Shown here: positions 18,431 through 28,511 of the stretch, in pieces | Numbering within the stretch: the first letter of the stretch is position 1 | How the letters are laid out: the number at the start of each line of letters is the position of its first letter | Virus record (IMG/VR): IMGVR_UViG_3300044491_001751 | Span: 1 to 53,938 of that record | DNA from: a virus | Lineage: Duplodnaviria > Caudoviricetes | Length of the DNA: 53,938 bases | Direction: 5' to 3' (one strand) | Made by a program: the position numbers and the translations under genes | The notes under the pieces: model-generated | Database searches by the model: none | What the model was told of the DNA's origin: nothing | What the model saw: only the letters and a program-made list of their open reading frames with translations

Positions 18431-20759
18431 TGAATGGCTTCCCGTCTAAGATAGTTACACCTGAAATTGGAATTGATGGTTCTGTAATTAGCTCTAAAGA
18501 CACTTCTTCGGGATAACTAGGAGCATCAGGCACACTGACACTATAAGAGACAATTTTTCTCACTAGCACTCCATCATCAGTTCCGTAGTCTTGTTCTAGG
18601 TAGCTGTCTGCTCTAAGAGACACGAAGTTGTCGTTAAGTTTAATTGAACACCAGTCGCCTGGCTTATAGGTCCCCAGCTTAGGGTTGGCAGAACCATTAA
18701 CAGAAATGGTAAAAGTGCTGATAGGAGGAACAGACTCTTCAAGCAATCTTGAAGCTTGCTTCCACAGGACTGTCTCCTCAGCAGAGTCTAGATCCTCAAC
18801 TTGGTCCAAGATTGGCCAACCTTGACGTAGCAGCTTGTGGTTAGATGCGGCAGAGTATGGCTGGCTGGCATCAGAGTTTAATCTAGAGTCTTTACCTTGA
18901 ACAAAAAATCGAGTGGCAGCATCTTCAGAAGTTTCGGAGAACTGGGCCTCTCTGACATTACCTGGGTACTCAAAAATGTAATCATCTGCTCCGTAAGCCG
19001 AAGCTGGAATACTAGAGGTTCCCGCGGGGAGAGATGCAATGTAAGTAGACAGACTCGCTGGGATCAGAGGCAAGAACATAAAATACTTTTTAAAGGTTCC
19101 AGTAGTAGTGTCATACTCGCAGTCAACTCGATACTCAAAGCCTCCTGGTTTTGTAGAGTACTCTTCAAGAATCTCGGATACGGATTTTAGCTCGTAACCT
19201 CTAATTACTGGATTAGGGAAAACGTTATTACTAAAAGAGTCATTTCTAGTGAAATCAAATCCAACGTCTCCCAGAGTTGAGTGCTCCCCAAAAGTGCCGT
19301 ACTGGGCTGATGCAACTCTAGTAACTGTAGGAGCGATGTCAACTGTTGCATCTCCTCCAGAAGTGAAGCTTCCAGTTTCTGTACTTGTAACTGTAAATTC
19401 AGTGTCGGAGGCAGACTGCACGGTAAACAGTCCGTTGTATCCAGTAGGGAACACGTTACTGATAGAGACCCTATCTCCAGGCGCAAAATCGTTGTTCGCT
19501 GTTATGGTCACTGTAGAGCCATCACCTGAAGCTCCAGTTATTGAAGCAGAGCCCCTCAGGTCGGTGTAGCTTTTTGCAATGTTAGATCCGATTTGAACAA
19601 CCTGAAACACCGTGCTCGAAACATTTGCGTACACGTTGTAGTAGCCGTCAAAAGTTTGGCTTACGTCTTCTAGGTAAACAATGTTGTTTGCATCAAATCC
19701 GTGGGCGCTGCTTGTTTCTATAGTTGCTACGTTGCCGCTTCTGGAAAAGCTGTATACGGGAACAACAGTCGCACTTTCTGTTGTTGTGCTGACGTCATTT
19801 CCAGTGTTGCTGTAGGTAAAGCTGTAGTCATCTATAACAGACGCAACTACTGCTTCTGAGTTGTCAAAAGTAGAAACAAATACGTTGTCTACTGTAGAGC
19901 CGTCAGTTCTGACATCAGTGATAGTTACTTTTTGTCCTGGAGTAAGTTCGTGCTTTTTTAGAGTAGTTATTGTGGCAATGTCTGAAGATCTAGAAACAGT
20001 GTTGATTTGATTGAATAGATCAATTCCTGGGCGTATCTCGTCATTGGCAAAGTCAAAGTCAAAGAGGTCAGTATTTAGCTCTCTTAGCAGGTCTTTAGCA
20101 AACTCGTAGCTGTCCTGTCTTGTTTCTACTGTGATTGGGTTGTCTTCTCCAAATGTCATATTTGGGAGGGTTTTACTATTTCCAGTAGCAACATCAACAT
20201 AAGTAGCAGGTACAGTGATCACTGATTTGTCTTCGCTGTCTAGGGTAGAGCTAAGTACTTCAAAGTAACCGTTGTAAAGAGTGTAGCCTTCGCCCCAATA
20301 GATGTATACAGCTTCTCCTACTGTAAAGCCATACTGTCCGAGGCTAAGGTTGACGGTCATAATTCCGTCACTCACTTCAGCTGTTGCTTCGTAGGAGCTG
20401 TTCCAAGTCTTCCAGATAACTCTACGGGACAGGTAGCTAGTAAATTCCGAAGCAGATACGGATAAAACTTTGTCAATAAGACTGTACTCGCGAGACCAAA
20501 TAATTCCGCCCCAGACGCAAATGCCGTCACGAACAACATAGAGAGCAGTTCTAGCAGGGAGCGTATTTTCGTAGAGGCTCAGGTTATAGGTGTCTTCAGT
20601 GACAGCAATATCACCAGTAAAAGTTCCAGCTTCTGTTAGCGAGCGAGAGTAGGAAACACTTCTAAACGGTATCTCAGCGAGAAGCTCGTTAGACATGAGG
20701 TCGCAAACAAAGTAACGGTAATCAACCGATGCTTCGGTACCCTGAGTTCTTACTGCCAT
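18420..20759 (-). CDS. minor tail (baseplate hub, ReqiPepy6 gp37-like) protein with inserted beta-barrel repeats
   Basis: YRYFVCDL..ELLAEIPF..VSYSRSL..AGTF, VWGGIIWSR; second gene after tape measure. Confidence 0.8.
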   Translation of the reverse strand: MAVRTQGTEASVDYRYFVCDLMSNELLAEIPFRSVSYSRSLTEAGTFTGDIAVTEDTYNLSLYENTLPARTALYVVRDGICVWGGIIWSREYSLIDKVLSVSASEFTSYLSRRVIWKTWNSSYEATAEVSDGIMTVNLSLGQYGFTVGEAVYIYWGEGYTLYNGYFEVLSSTLDSEDKSVITVPATYVDVATGNSKTLPNMTFGEDNPITVETRQDSYEFAKDLLRELNTDLFDFDFANDEIRPGIDLFNQINTVSRSSDIATITTLKKHELTPGQKVTITDVRTDGSTVDNVFVSTFDNSEAVVASVIDDYSFTYSNTGNDVSTTTESATVVPVYSFSRSGNVATIETSSAHGFDANNIVYLEDVSQTFDGYYNVYANVSSTVFQVVQIGSNIAKSYTDLRGSASITGASGDGSTVTITANNDFAPGDRVSISNVFPTGYNGLFTVQSASDTEFTVTSTETGSFTSGGDATVDIAPTVTRVASAQYGTFGEHSTLGDVGFDFTRNDSFSNNVFPNPVIRGYELKSVSEILEEYSTKPGGFEYRVDCEYDTTTGTFKKYFMFLPLIPASLSTYIASLPAGTSSIPASAYGADDYIFEYPGNVREAQFSETSEDAATRFFVQGKDSRLNSDASQPYSAASNHKLLRQGWPILDQVEDLDSAEETVLWKQASRLLEESVPPISTFTISVNGSANPKLGTYKPGDWCSIKLNDNFVSLRADSYLEQDYGTDDGVLVRKIVSYSVSVPDAPSYPEEVSLELITEPSIPISGVTILDGKPFNGD

Positions 20760-20795
20760 CTTTTGTCCTTGAATGTCTTTGTATTAGTTTACCAG

Positions 20796-22604
20796 CTAGC
20801 CAATCCACCCAGATCGGTAGTAGATGACCCATTCGGAGCTAGTGATGCTGTTTTCCGTGTAATTAGAGACGTACAGTCGATTACTTCCAGGCTCCAGGTA
20901 TATCCAGTCAACTAAGACTTGAAGTTTTGCCCTACCATTTGCAGTGTTAGTTACGGCTCCTGCAGAGTAGGTCACATCTAGTGCTTCTCTGTTGTAGGTG
21001 TCTACCTCAAGCTTGTGTCCACTTGCTACCCCTCCAACTAGTTCTATGCTTTGGCCATTTTCTTGGTTAGTGATTGTCGGCGGGTTGTCTGAATCTGTAA
21101 CAGCAGATACTCCAGAAATTTCTATAATGACGGGGACAGCGGTATTGCCGTCATTCACTATTGTTGTTTCCCATGAGGAAGAAGAATTGATTGTTGCGGT
21201 CTGGTATCCGTCTGGATCACCATCAACAAACTCATACTTGATTGGGTCAACGGCTTTAAGTCCGATAGAAAAGTCATGACGACCACGAGCATTTACGCTA
21301 GTAATTTGCGGAGCACCACTGAGGCGAACTTTTGCAGCTTTTCTGATTTTGTGAACCAGCTTGTTGCTTTTTATGGCTTCTACACCAACTACACCGTCAA
21401 TTGTCACGGTGTTACTAGTCACTGCAACTACTTCGATATCTGCCCCGTTAGGGATAGCTAGGTAATCACCTACAGCAATATTGTGATTTGTAGAGGTGGT
21501 GTACTTTGCATACGGGTGGGTTGCAGTCCCCCCTGAAACGTAAGTGTCAGTTACAGAGCTCGCAACAGTAAATGTGTTGCTTGTAATAGCAATAATTTCT
21601 TGGCCCGCAACGTCAAACGCGCTGGGGCTAGTGTTTGCTACTGTAATTGAATCTCCCACTGAAAAAGAGTGAATAGATTCTTGGGTAGTGTACACAACGT
21701 TTGTGCCATCCCCGACGGCGTTCGATATTTCTGCATCAGAAGCAATTACTCTACTTGATATGTCATAGGATTCGTTTTCGTCCACAATTAGGTAGCCAGC
21801 TGTAGTGGTCTTAACCATAGGAGACAAATAGCTCATTAAAGTGTTTCTAGCCGCTGCGGCATCAGATGGCTCTTGAGGGAGGAAAGAGCCATTCAGTGTA
21901 AGAATCCTGTTGGCATACCTACCAATAGCGTCATATGAACCGTCGCCCCAGCCCCTAGGGAGATCTGGGAGCTCTGGGTCAGGCAGGGTCCACCATCCTG
22001 CAATGTCAGTTACAACCCACACAACATTATTAGAGTCAATAGTGTTTAAGGTAAGACCAGTTTCAGTTGCAGGGTTCCAAAGCTGAATGCCGCCCTCTAG
22101 CTTCATTCCAGAGAGGAACGGCTCGGGATAGTTAGTTAGAGCCGTATTTACGACTTTATTTTCTTCAGCCTGATTTTTTGTTGGCTCTACAGAATCATAG
22201 AAGTCTGCTTTAGCAACACCGCTATCAAAACTCCCGCCAGGGTCAACTTGCTGAGCAGAAGACGGGGTTGAGTAGTATTGAAACACTGGGTAGACATTCG
22301 TCACGCTGGAAGACGAAAGGTCTGAAAAACTTAGTGAAGAAAGAACTACGGAAGAGACGTTTGCCGTAGAGCTGGCGGGGGAGCTCGAGTAGGTGTTAGA
22401 AAGAGACCAACCAACAAATTGGATGTTCTCTGTAGCTGAAGTGTCTAGAGGAGTGTCTCCACTCAAGTCTCCAAGATACGTAATAAGCTCTGCATCAGAT
22501 GCTATTACAGAGTCGTCTAGCCGAAGAGTGGGGCTAGTGCCAAGCAGCTCTACAGCTGTATTTGCAAGAACATAAACGTACTTATCTATGCCGTAAGTTG
22601 CCAT
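20796..22604 (-). CDS. distal tail (Dit-like) protein
   Basis: Follows tape measure; WVVTDIAGWW, LKAVDPIKY, NDGNTAVPV, LEPGSNRL, YRSGWI. Confidence 0.8.
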   Translation of the reverse strand: MATYGIDKYVYVLANTAVELLGTSPTLRLDDSVIASDAELITYLGDLSGDTPLDTSATENIQFVGWSLSNTYSSSPASSTANVSSVVLSSLSFSDLSSSSVTNVYPVFQYYSTPSSAQQVDPGGSFDSGVAKADFYDSVEPTKNQAEENKVVNTALTNYPEPFLSGMKLEGGIQLWNPATETGLTLNTIDSNNVVWVVTDIAGWWTLPDPELPDLPRGWGDGSYDAIGRYANRILTLNGSFLPQEPSDAAAARNTLMSYLSPMVKTTTAGYLIVDENESYDISSRVIASDAEISNAVGDGTNVVYTTQESIHSFSVGDSITVANTSPSAFDVAGQEIIAITSNTFTVASSVTDTYVSGGTATHPYAKYTTSTNHNIAVGDYLAIPNGADIEVVAVTSNTVTIDGVVGVEAIKSNKLVHKIRKAAKVRLSGAPQITSVNARGRHDFSIGLKAVDPIKYEFVDGDPDGYQTATINSSSSWETTIVNDGNTAVPVIIEISGVSAVTDSDNPPTITNQENGQSIELVGGVASGHKLEVDTYNREALDVTYSAGAVTNTANGRAKLQVLVDWIYLEPGSNRLYVSNYTENSITSSEWVIYYRSGWIG

Positions 22605-25273
22605 TAGATAGCACCCTTCTTAATCTCAAATGCAAGCCTTCTGGAAACGGCTGCTGCAAGTTCTCTCTCATCCATTCCAGGGGATGGATTAACGGTGATG
22701 TTGATGCCACCAGCCCCGCCAGCTAGAGCATTAATCATTGCGTAGTCACGCCTTGATAGGCCCTTCTCGTCTAGAGGCTCTACACGTTCTGGACGCCCTG
22801 CTTCTGCTAGCTGCGCAATTGTACCTCCACTTGAAGGCATTACGACGCCACCCTCTGCAAGCCGAGGTATGGTAATTCTTGGTATTAGGCTAATTTCTAG
22901 CTCTTGGCCAATAAGATCACCAAGGAAGCCTAGACCACCATTGGCCAGCTTGATCATGTTGTTTAGGCCATCGATAAAGAAGTTAATAAAGTTCTCTGCC
23001 ATGCCTATGAGGCCATTAATGATTCCCTTAAAGAATCCAGTTACATTATTCCAAACGTCCTCGAAGAAGCCTCCGATAGCGTCAAAGGCATCCTTAAACC
23101 AAGTTTTGACATTTGTCCATACTTCCTTAACACCTTCAACTGTCGTGTTCCACGAGTCTCTAAGGTTTGTTCCAAGAGTCCTAAAGAAGCTAAAAATATT
23201 ATCGATAACAACTTTGAAAAGTTCTGAGAATCCTTCCCATGCTTCTTTTATAAAAGCCACAAACTTGCCCCAAAGTTCTTGTCCAAATCTAGTTTGAGTG
23301 AAGAACCATGTTAGAGCTGCAACAAGCGCAATTACTGCAGTAATAATGATTCCAACAGGATTGGATAGGCCAAACACTGCAGCAAGTCTTATACCAATAA
23401 ATTTAATAATTCCGTAAACAGAGCCAAGGAATCCGAGCAGCGCAATTACCGATCCAATTACTACTAAGAAGAAGTTTTTAATCTGCTCGAAAACAAATGT
23501 AAGAGCAGTGGTGAAAGCAAAGACTCTACCAATTGCGTCAATAATTTCTTTGTTCGCAGGATCACCAATAAACTCAGCTATTGGTTTGATTAGGTCGGTT
23601 ATTGTCTCAAAGAATGTGGTAGGAGCATCTGCGTCAGCAAATCCTGCAAACAAGTCTCCAAGAGTGACAATCAGTTCTCCGAGAGCGGGAGCTGCATCAG
23701 CAAAAGCCTTAAAGACGGCATCCCAGTTGTCAATATTGTCCTGCTCATTTAGAGCTTCAAAAAACTTTCCAACGTTTTCATTGGCACCAAGCTCCAAGAA
23801 GGATCCAATAACATTTCCTAAGAATTCCATTACAGGACCAAAGTTATCGGCAAGTCCTTGGAAAGTATTTTTTAGTGCTTCTCCCTCTGCACTTATCTCC
23901 CCGTCTTTAACTAAGCTAGCGAACCCACTGGTACTGTCTTCAAAATACTTTAAGACCGTGTCTATAGGTCCACCTTCTCCAGAGAGAATAGTTATGAAGT
24001 CACCAAAGCCGTTGAATAGGTTTCCAATAATTCCAAATAGTCTGGAGCCAGTAGAATATGCGTCCCCGAAGAAGTCTTCTAGTCCACCCTCGCTCAGCTG
24101 GGTGTTCCAGTCAATTAAAGTGTCTCTAACAAAAGTCAGGAACTGAGTGCCTATCCCATTTGCATCGTTGAAAATTCTAAGGAGGACTTCGCCGAACTCG
24201 CCAAATATCTCGCCAATAAGAGGGATATTTGTATTTAGGTTGTCTAAGAATGTCTCTACTTCGGCCTTCGTGTCTTCCGTTAGGAAGTTATCGAAGAAAT
24301 TACTTACACCAGTCCCTAGTGATGTTCCTAGTTCCTCAAACTTTGTTTCTAGAGTGGGGAAGTAGAAATCCACCATTTGCTGGATTTGCTCTTCTAGAAC
24401 TGGAAGGAACCCAGAGGCAACAGCTTCCTTAAGGACATCGAGCTTTGGACGTAGTCCAACAAGGAACTGAGCAAACCGCTTCTGAGACTCGGTCAGGCCA
24501 GCATACGGGTCCGCGCCTCCGTTTTTGTTTAGAGCTTCGGGCCCTTTAGCAACTTCCGCATTTAGATCTTGAGTGCGGTCTTTAGCTCTACGATACGCAA
24601 GCTCGGCTTCTTCATATGCTAGCTTTGCCTCCCTACGAGCTGCAGAGTTTGGCGGGAGGTCAGCAGTACGACGAAGGTTTTCTAGAGCTTTCTCTAGATT
24701 GAGGGCTGCACGGCCTTCGGATAGGGCAGCCTCTTCGGCTTGGAACTGTAGCTGCTGAAACTCTTCACGAATCTCGGCAATAGATTTGCCTAGCCCTTGG
24801 TTTTGTTTGGTGGCGGCAGAGACTGCAGCTCCTATGCCCCCTAAGGCAAACTGAGCTAGACCAATTGCAAGTCGCATCTGCACAAATGCAGCTGCTAGAC
24901 CAGCTACAGCAGGAATGGCTTTACCAACTGCAGCTACTAGTATGACTAGCCCGCCGACTAGTGCAGCAAGTCCTCCAACTAGGGCAGCCGCGCCAGTACC
25001 TACCGTATAAGTAATCCTAACAAGACTTCTAAAAGCCAGTCTTGCTTGCTCAGCTTCGGGGGCTATAATCCTAAGGCCATCAGCAACTTTATTGAAGACG
25101 TTTCCAGTGCCTTGATCAAATCCTCTTTTAAAGGCTTTACCAAAGCTTTCGCCCTGGCCCCTCGCCTGAGGACCAACAATGCCACCAAGTTTGCGAATTT
25201 GATTCGAGATATCAGAAGCCATGCCAGTCGTCACGGCTTTGACGAGTATGTGGGCTTCGCCGACTAGTGCCAT
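22604..25273 (-). CDS. tape measure protein
   Basis: 889 aa, Ala/Gly-rich helical, W/F periodic repeats, C-terminal LAEGG..EAGRPE motif; follows tail chaperones. Confidence 0.92.
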   Translation of the reverse strand: MALVGEAHILVKAVTTGMASDISNQIRKLGGIVGPQARGQGESFGKAFKRGFDQGTGNVFNKVADGLRIIAPEAEQARLAFRSLVRITYTVGTGAAALVGGLAALVGGLVILVAAVGKAIPAVAGLAAAFVQMRLAIGLAQFALGGIGAAVSAATKQNQGLGKSIAEIREEFQQLQFQAEEAALSEGRAALNLEKALENLRRTADLPPNSAARREAKLAYEEAELAYRRAKDRTQDLNAEVAKGPEALNKNGGADPYAGLTESQKRFAQFLVGLRPKLDVLKEAVASGFLPVLEEQIQQMVDFYFPTLETKFEELGTSLGTGVSNFFDNFLTEDTKAEVETFLDNLNTNIPLIGEIFGEFGEVLLRIFNDANGIGTQFLTFVRDTLIDWNTQLSEGGLEDFFGDAYSTGSRLFGIIGNLFNGFGDFITILSGEGGPIDTVLKYFEDSTSGFASLVKDGEISAEGEALKNTFQGLADNFGPVMEFLGNVIGSFLELGANENVGKFFEALNEQDNIDNWDAVFKAFADAAPALGELIVTLGDLFAGFADADAPTTFFETITDLIKPIAEFIGDPANKEIIDAIGRVFAFTTALTFVFEQIKNFFLVVIGSVIALLGFLGSVYGIIKFIGIRLAAVFGLSNPVGIIITAVIALVAALTWFFTQTRFGQELWGKFVAFIKEAWEGFSELFKVVIDNIFSFFRTLGTNLRDSWNTTVEGVKEVWTNVKTWFKDAFDAIGGFFEDVWNNVTGFFKGIINGLIGMAENFINFFIDGLNNMIKLANGGLGFLGDLIGQELEISLIPRITIPRLAEGGVVMPSSGGTIAQLAEAGRPERVEPLDEKGLSRRDYAMINALAGGAGGINITVNPSPGMDERELAAAVSRRLAFEIKKGAI

Positions 25274-25291
25274 CTAATACCTCACCCCCTC

Positions 25292-25705
25292 TTAGCCAAG
25301 CGGGGCATCTAGGTCCGAACCAAACGGCAACACTGAATCAGGGTTGAAGTCGGTCGGAGGAACGTATGGTTTAGTCTCTCCCGTATTAAAAGCAGGGTCA
25401 TCAAATCCAAAGTCGCTTGTTGCATTCTTTGGAACGTAAGACCTGCCATTTTGCTTTCTAGTTGAAATTGCATATCTGTAGGTTTTTCCGTACAACAGAT
25501 AAAGCTGAGAACGGTATGCACTTACAGCTTCTGCCTCTTCCGCAGAGCCGTATCGCATATCTTCCTCCATAAGATAGTGAACAACATCTGTCATTTCTGT
25601 TGCTTCCATCTCAAGTAATCTCAATCCATTTGCCAAGGCTTTACCGTTTACGTAAGGCCAGAGATCATCCGCCCAGGTTAGGATTCCTCTGGCTGCTGAT
25701 TTGGG
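25292..25705 (-). CDS. tail assembly chaperone, frameshifted C-terminal extension (gpGT-like)
   Basis: The -1 frame from CCCAAAT reads PKSAARGILTWADDLWPYVNGKALANGLRLL, continuous with ORF 25292..25636. Confidence 0.8.
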   Translation of the reverse strand, partial: PKSAARGILTWADDLWPYVNGKALANGLRLLEMEATEMTDVVHYLMEEDMRYGSAEEAEAVSAYRSQLYLLYGKTYRYAISTRKQNGRSYVPKNATSDFGFDDPAFNTGETKPYVPPTDFNPDSVLPFGSDLDAPLG

Positions 25706-26016
25706 CGTCCAGAGTACTCCTCAACCAGCCACGAAATAATCTCTCCAAGTGTTTCCATAGTTACAATGCGCTCTTTGTCCTCTAGAAGGGCATTGAATCT
25801 TTCCAAGCTCTCGTCAACTAGAATTTTTTCGAAAAAAGTCGAGATAACTGACATAGCTTCTAGCGGGTCTTCCGACTGAGACCTAGAGACCAAGTCCATA
25901 AGAACTTTTCCCTGAATAGTTGGGATTGCCGTGAACTCTTCGTCATGTAGCTTGAAGGCTAGCGGTTCAGCATTTACCTCTCCACCAGTGCCAAAATCTT
26001 TGTATCTACTGCTCAT
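25678..26016 (-). CDS. tail assembly chaperone (gpG-like)
   Basis: 112 aa upstream of tape measure, ends EEYSGRPNQQPEES with slippery site. Confidence 0.85.
   Translation of the reverse strand: MSSRYKDFGTGGEVNAEPLAFKLHDEEFTAIPTIQGKVLMDLVSRSQSEDPLEAMSVISTFFEKILVDESLERFNALLEDKERIVTMETLGEIISWLVEEYSGRPNQQPEES
25699..25705 (-). other. -1 programmed ribosomal frameshift site C CCA AAT
   Basis: X XXY YYZ heptamer in the correct phase near the end of the chaperone ORF; the -1 frame stays open into the next ORF. Confidence 0.8.
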
Positions 26017-26077
26017 TTTTGTCCTCTATCAATAGTGTCTTTACTGGTTTTTTCCAGCACTACTATTGTACCTGAGG

Positions 26078-26605
26078 TTATCGCACCTTTATTGGCCTGA
26101 TCAGACTTTTTCTCATGGGAGTGGTAAGATATGGGTTAGCTCTGGTTCCAGGGTGAAACACTTCTGTAGTTCTTATAAGTCTTGTTCCAGTTCTAAACAC
26201 AAGTACAGGCTTTTTGCTTGGAGTTATCAAGTGAGGCCTAGTGCCTTCGTGATGGGCATATGCATAGTTTTTGTTTGAACCAATCCAAAGATATTGACCA
26301 GTAAAATTACCCGTGTGCTTCATGTGGATAGATGTTCTGAGTGCGCCTGTTCTTACTCCAACTTGCCTCTTAGCGCCTCTAACTATTGATTCTCCCCTCC
26401 TGTGAAGAGCCCCCCAAAGATTGCCCCTAGGCGTGTTTAGTATCAAGTTTAGCTGAGGCTTGTAAATCTTTACATTTATTACTTTCCAAACAACTACAGA
26501 ACGCCTACGACCAGGGCCACCAGGGGGGCCTCCACCGCCCCTTAGAGAGCGTCTTATAAGTTTTCTGGCTGTGTTGCCTAAAAAGGAATCAGGAAGACCA
26601 TACAT
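26078..26605 (-). CDS. HK97 gp10-like neck/tail completion protein
   Basis: VRTGALRTSI, YAYAHHEGTRPH, HPGTRANPYL. Confidence 0.8.
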   Translation of the reverse strand: MYGLPDSFLGNTARKLIRRSLRGGGGPPGGPGRRRSVVVWKVINVKIYKPQLNLILNTPRGNLWGALHRRGESIVRGAKRQVGVRTGALRTSIHMKHTGNFTGQYLWIGSNKNYAYAHHEGTRPHLITPSKKPVLVFRTGTRLIRTTEVFHPGTRANPYLTTPMRKSLIRPIKVR

Positions 26606-26606
26606 T

Positions 26607-27116
26607 TTATGGGACCGCCATCGTGACAGTCATGTCAGTAGTTTGAAATCCGCCTTCTGGAGGATTAACGGCTAGGGTAGCAATAACCCCAACTCCATAT
26701 CCTGTTTCGTCCCACTGGTCTAGCTGGTTGATTGATTCCATCAAAACCCAGGAGTCAATGGCCATGACCTCGGAAGCTTGCTCAATTCTTTCTGGGGAAG
26801 GCGGCCTACCATTCTGCTGAACAATAGGTGTTTCGCGAGCAATTGAAATTGTAATAGTGGCACTCCTAGGGACATGGCAGCGTTGCGGTTCGCCAACCTC
26901 TGCCCCTGGAGAGCCTAAGTACATCTGTTGGAAAAAGACAACTAGCTGTTCGCAGTCAACCGCGGGCTGAGCCATCGTCCAATAACGACGACGTGGCAGC
27001 TCCACGTTGTATGACTGAAAAACAGACTGCACCCTCTCCAGTACGCCTGCCATCATGTCCCTGAGATTTACCGCATCCTCAGAGACACCAGATAGATCTA
27101 GTTCCTGACTTACCAT
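26607..27116 (-). CDS. putative tail terminator / virion structural protein
   Basis: Position in the head-tail block; PAVDCEQLVV...PPEGG actinophage-type motifs. Confidence 0.6.
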   Translation of the reverse strand: MVSQELDLSGVSEDAVNLRDMMAGVLERVQSVFQSYNVELPRRRYWTMAQPAVDCEQLVVFFQQMYLGSPGAEVGEPQRCHVPRSATITISIARETPIVQQNGRPPSPERIEQASEVMAIDSWVLMESINQLDQWDETGYGVGVIATLAVNPPEGGFQTTDMTVTMAVP

Positions 27117-27119
27117 TGG

Positions 27120-27311
27120 TTACTCCTCGGTGGAGCTCTCCTCAACAGCTGGAGCCTCTACGGTCTCCTCAACAACAGAGACAGCTGGTGCTGACACGAT
27201 TGGCTCTGGCGTTGGAGCTGGAGCAGATACGCGTGGAGCAGGGGCTGCCTTCTTTGCGGGCTTCGCGGCACCCAGCATGTCCTGGGCACGGAAGTTAGTC
27301 TGAATTGACAT
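27120..27311 (-). CDS. small Ala/Pro/Glu-rich protein
   Basis: AAGGA RBS, fills the gap in the structural operon. Confidence 0.65.
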   Translation of the reverse strand: MSIQTNFRAQDMLGAAKPAKKAAPAPRVSAPAPTPEPIVSAPAVSVVEETVEAPAVEESSTEE

Positions 27312-27325
27312 ATTTTCCTTCTTTC

Positions 27326-28438
27326 TTAGTACATCGTAACTTTTAAGTTACCTGTAGCTAGTTCGACCAGACTCTCGACACCATCACCATCAGTGCTTGA
27401 GGCGTAAAGTGTCCATGTTCCTGGGTCCACCAACCCCAGTGCAGTTTTTGCACTTGTGTAAGGAATGGTGAAATCTAGTGTGTCATCGCTGTCATCGAGA
27501 GTAATCGATGCTGCGGGCAGTGTCACAGAAGTGGTGTCTCCGTAATTTCTCAAAATAACTTTTGGAGTATAAGTAGAGTTTAGCGGGAAGAAGTTACTTA
27601 GATCAGTTCCGCTGTCTGTTGACGTCCAGCTAATCGAGCCTGTTGGCTGGGAAAGCGTAAGATCAAAGTCTGCATTTGCGGTCAGCTTAAGAGGCTTTGC
27701 TGTGTACTTACGAGCGCGAGGAGCATCTACAGAGAAGACCTTAGAGCGACGACGAGCGTTGTCTGGGTTTACCGTCTTGAGGAAAAGGTCAATCTCGTAG
27801 AGACCTGTGCGGAGCTCGTCGATAAATTCTTGGTTGTCAAGGATGGTGTAAGAGACGCCCTGACGTGAAACGGAAGTTACACGCTGAGGCAGCTCACACA
27901 TCTCGTCGCCTGACCATAGGCGTGCAAACTCAATAGCTAGCTTACGAGCCGCCATTTTTCCAGCAGTAGGAACTGCAATCCCATATTGATAGGTAATTTC
28001 TACGTTGCAAGGAGTCCAAGGCGTGCCAGCCTTAATGTGGATGGTTGAGTGGTCTACAAGGTAGTAACTGGATGGATCAAGAACAACACCGTTCTTGTTT
28101 CGCATCGAGATAATCTTAGTTACTGGACGCCCTCTGAGTCGGATTCTTGCGTCTGGCGAGAGCCCGTCAGCAGTGAGCTCAGAATATTCGTCGTAGTCTC
28201 CTGACGGAATATTATAAACGTCACCGCCAAATAGTACAGGACTGTTAGTACGATCGGAAGGCCCCATGCGATTGTTTCGAAGGGTGCAGGTGTAACGCTC
28301 GGTGACAATGGTCTCTCCTGTGTATTTACGTCCAGACATGGCCCAGAGTAGATTAGACGCTACCTGGATGGCCTCTTCCGTATATTCGGTGTAAGAGTAG
28401 TCTCCAAGCTCGTCTGCTGTAATCCACGAATTCGACAT
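27326..28438 (-). CDS. head-to-tail adaptor
   Basis: LLWAMSGRKY, CELPQRVTSVSRQGVS, TGLYEIDLFL..VNP actinophage adaptor motifs, plus C-terminal beta-rich extension. Confidence 0.8.
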   Translation of the reverse strand: MSNSWITADELGDYSYTEYTEEAIQVASNLLWAMSGRKYTGETIVTERYTCTLRNNRMGPSDRTNSPVLFGGDVYNIPSGDYDEYSELTADGLSPDARIRLRGRPVTKIISMRNKNGVVLDPSSYYLVDHSTIHIKAGTPWTPCNVEITYQYGIAVPTAGKMAARKLAIEFARLWSGDEMCELPQRVTSVSRQGVSYTILDNQEFIDELRTGLYEIDLFLKTVNPDNARRRSKVFSVDAPRARKYTAKPLKLTANADFDLTLSQPTGSISWTSTDSGTDLSNFFPLNSTYTPKVILRNYGDTTSVTLPAASITLDDSDDTLDFTIPYTSAKTALGLVDPGTWTLYASSTDGDGVESLVELATGNLKVTMY

Positions 28439-28458
28439 AATTTCCTCTTTATAAGTTT

Positions 28459-28501
28459 AACGGGTGGTAGCCCAAGCTAATTGCTCAAGCCACCACCCGT
28501 T
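28459..28501 (-). terminator. hairpin downstream of major tail gene
   Basis: AACGGGTGGT...ACCACCCGTT inverted repeat. Confidence 0.6.
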
Positions 28502-28511
28502 TCTTTAGCTA

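Noticed and set aside
22869-24365. Long + strand ORFs antisense to the tape measure gene
   Set aside because: Shadow frames caused by codon bias of the - strand gene; no RBS or recognisable motifs (same for antisense ORFs over capsid, tail and helicase genes)
27116-27298. Alternative 60-aa ORF overlapping 27120..27311
   Set aside because: The 63-aa - strand ORF has an RBS and fits the operon; the alternative lacks support
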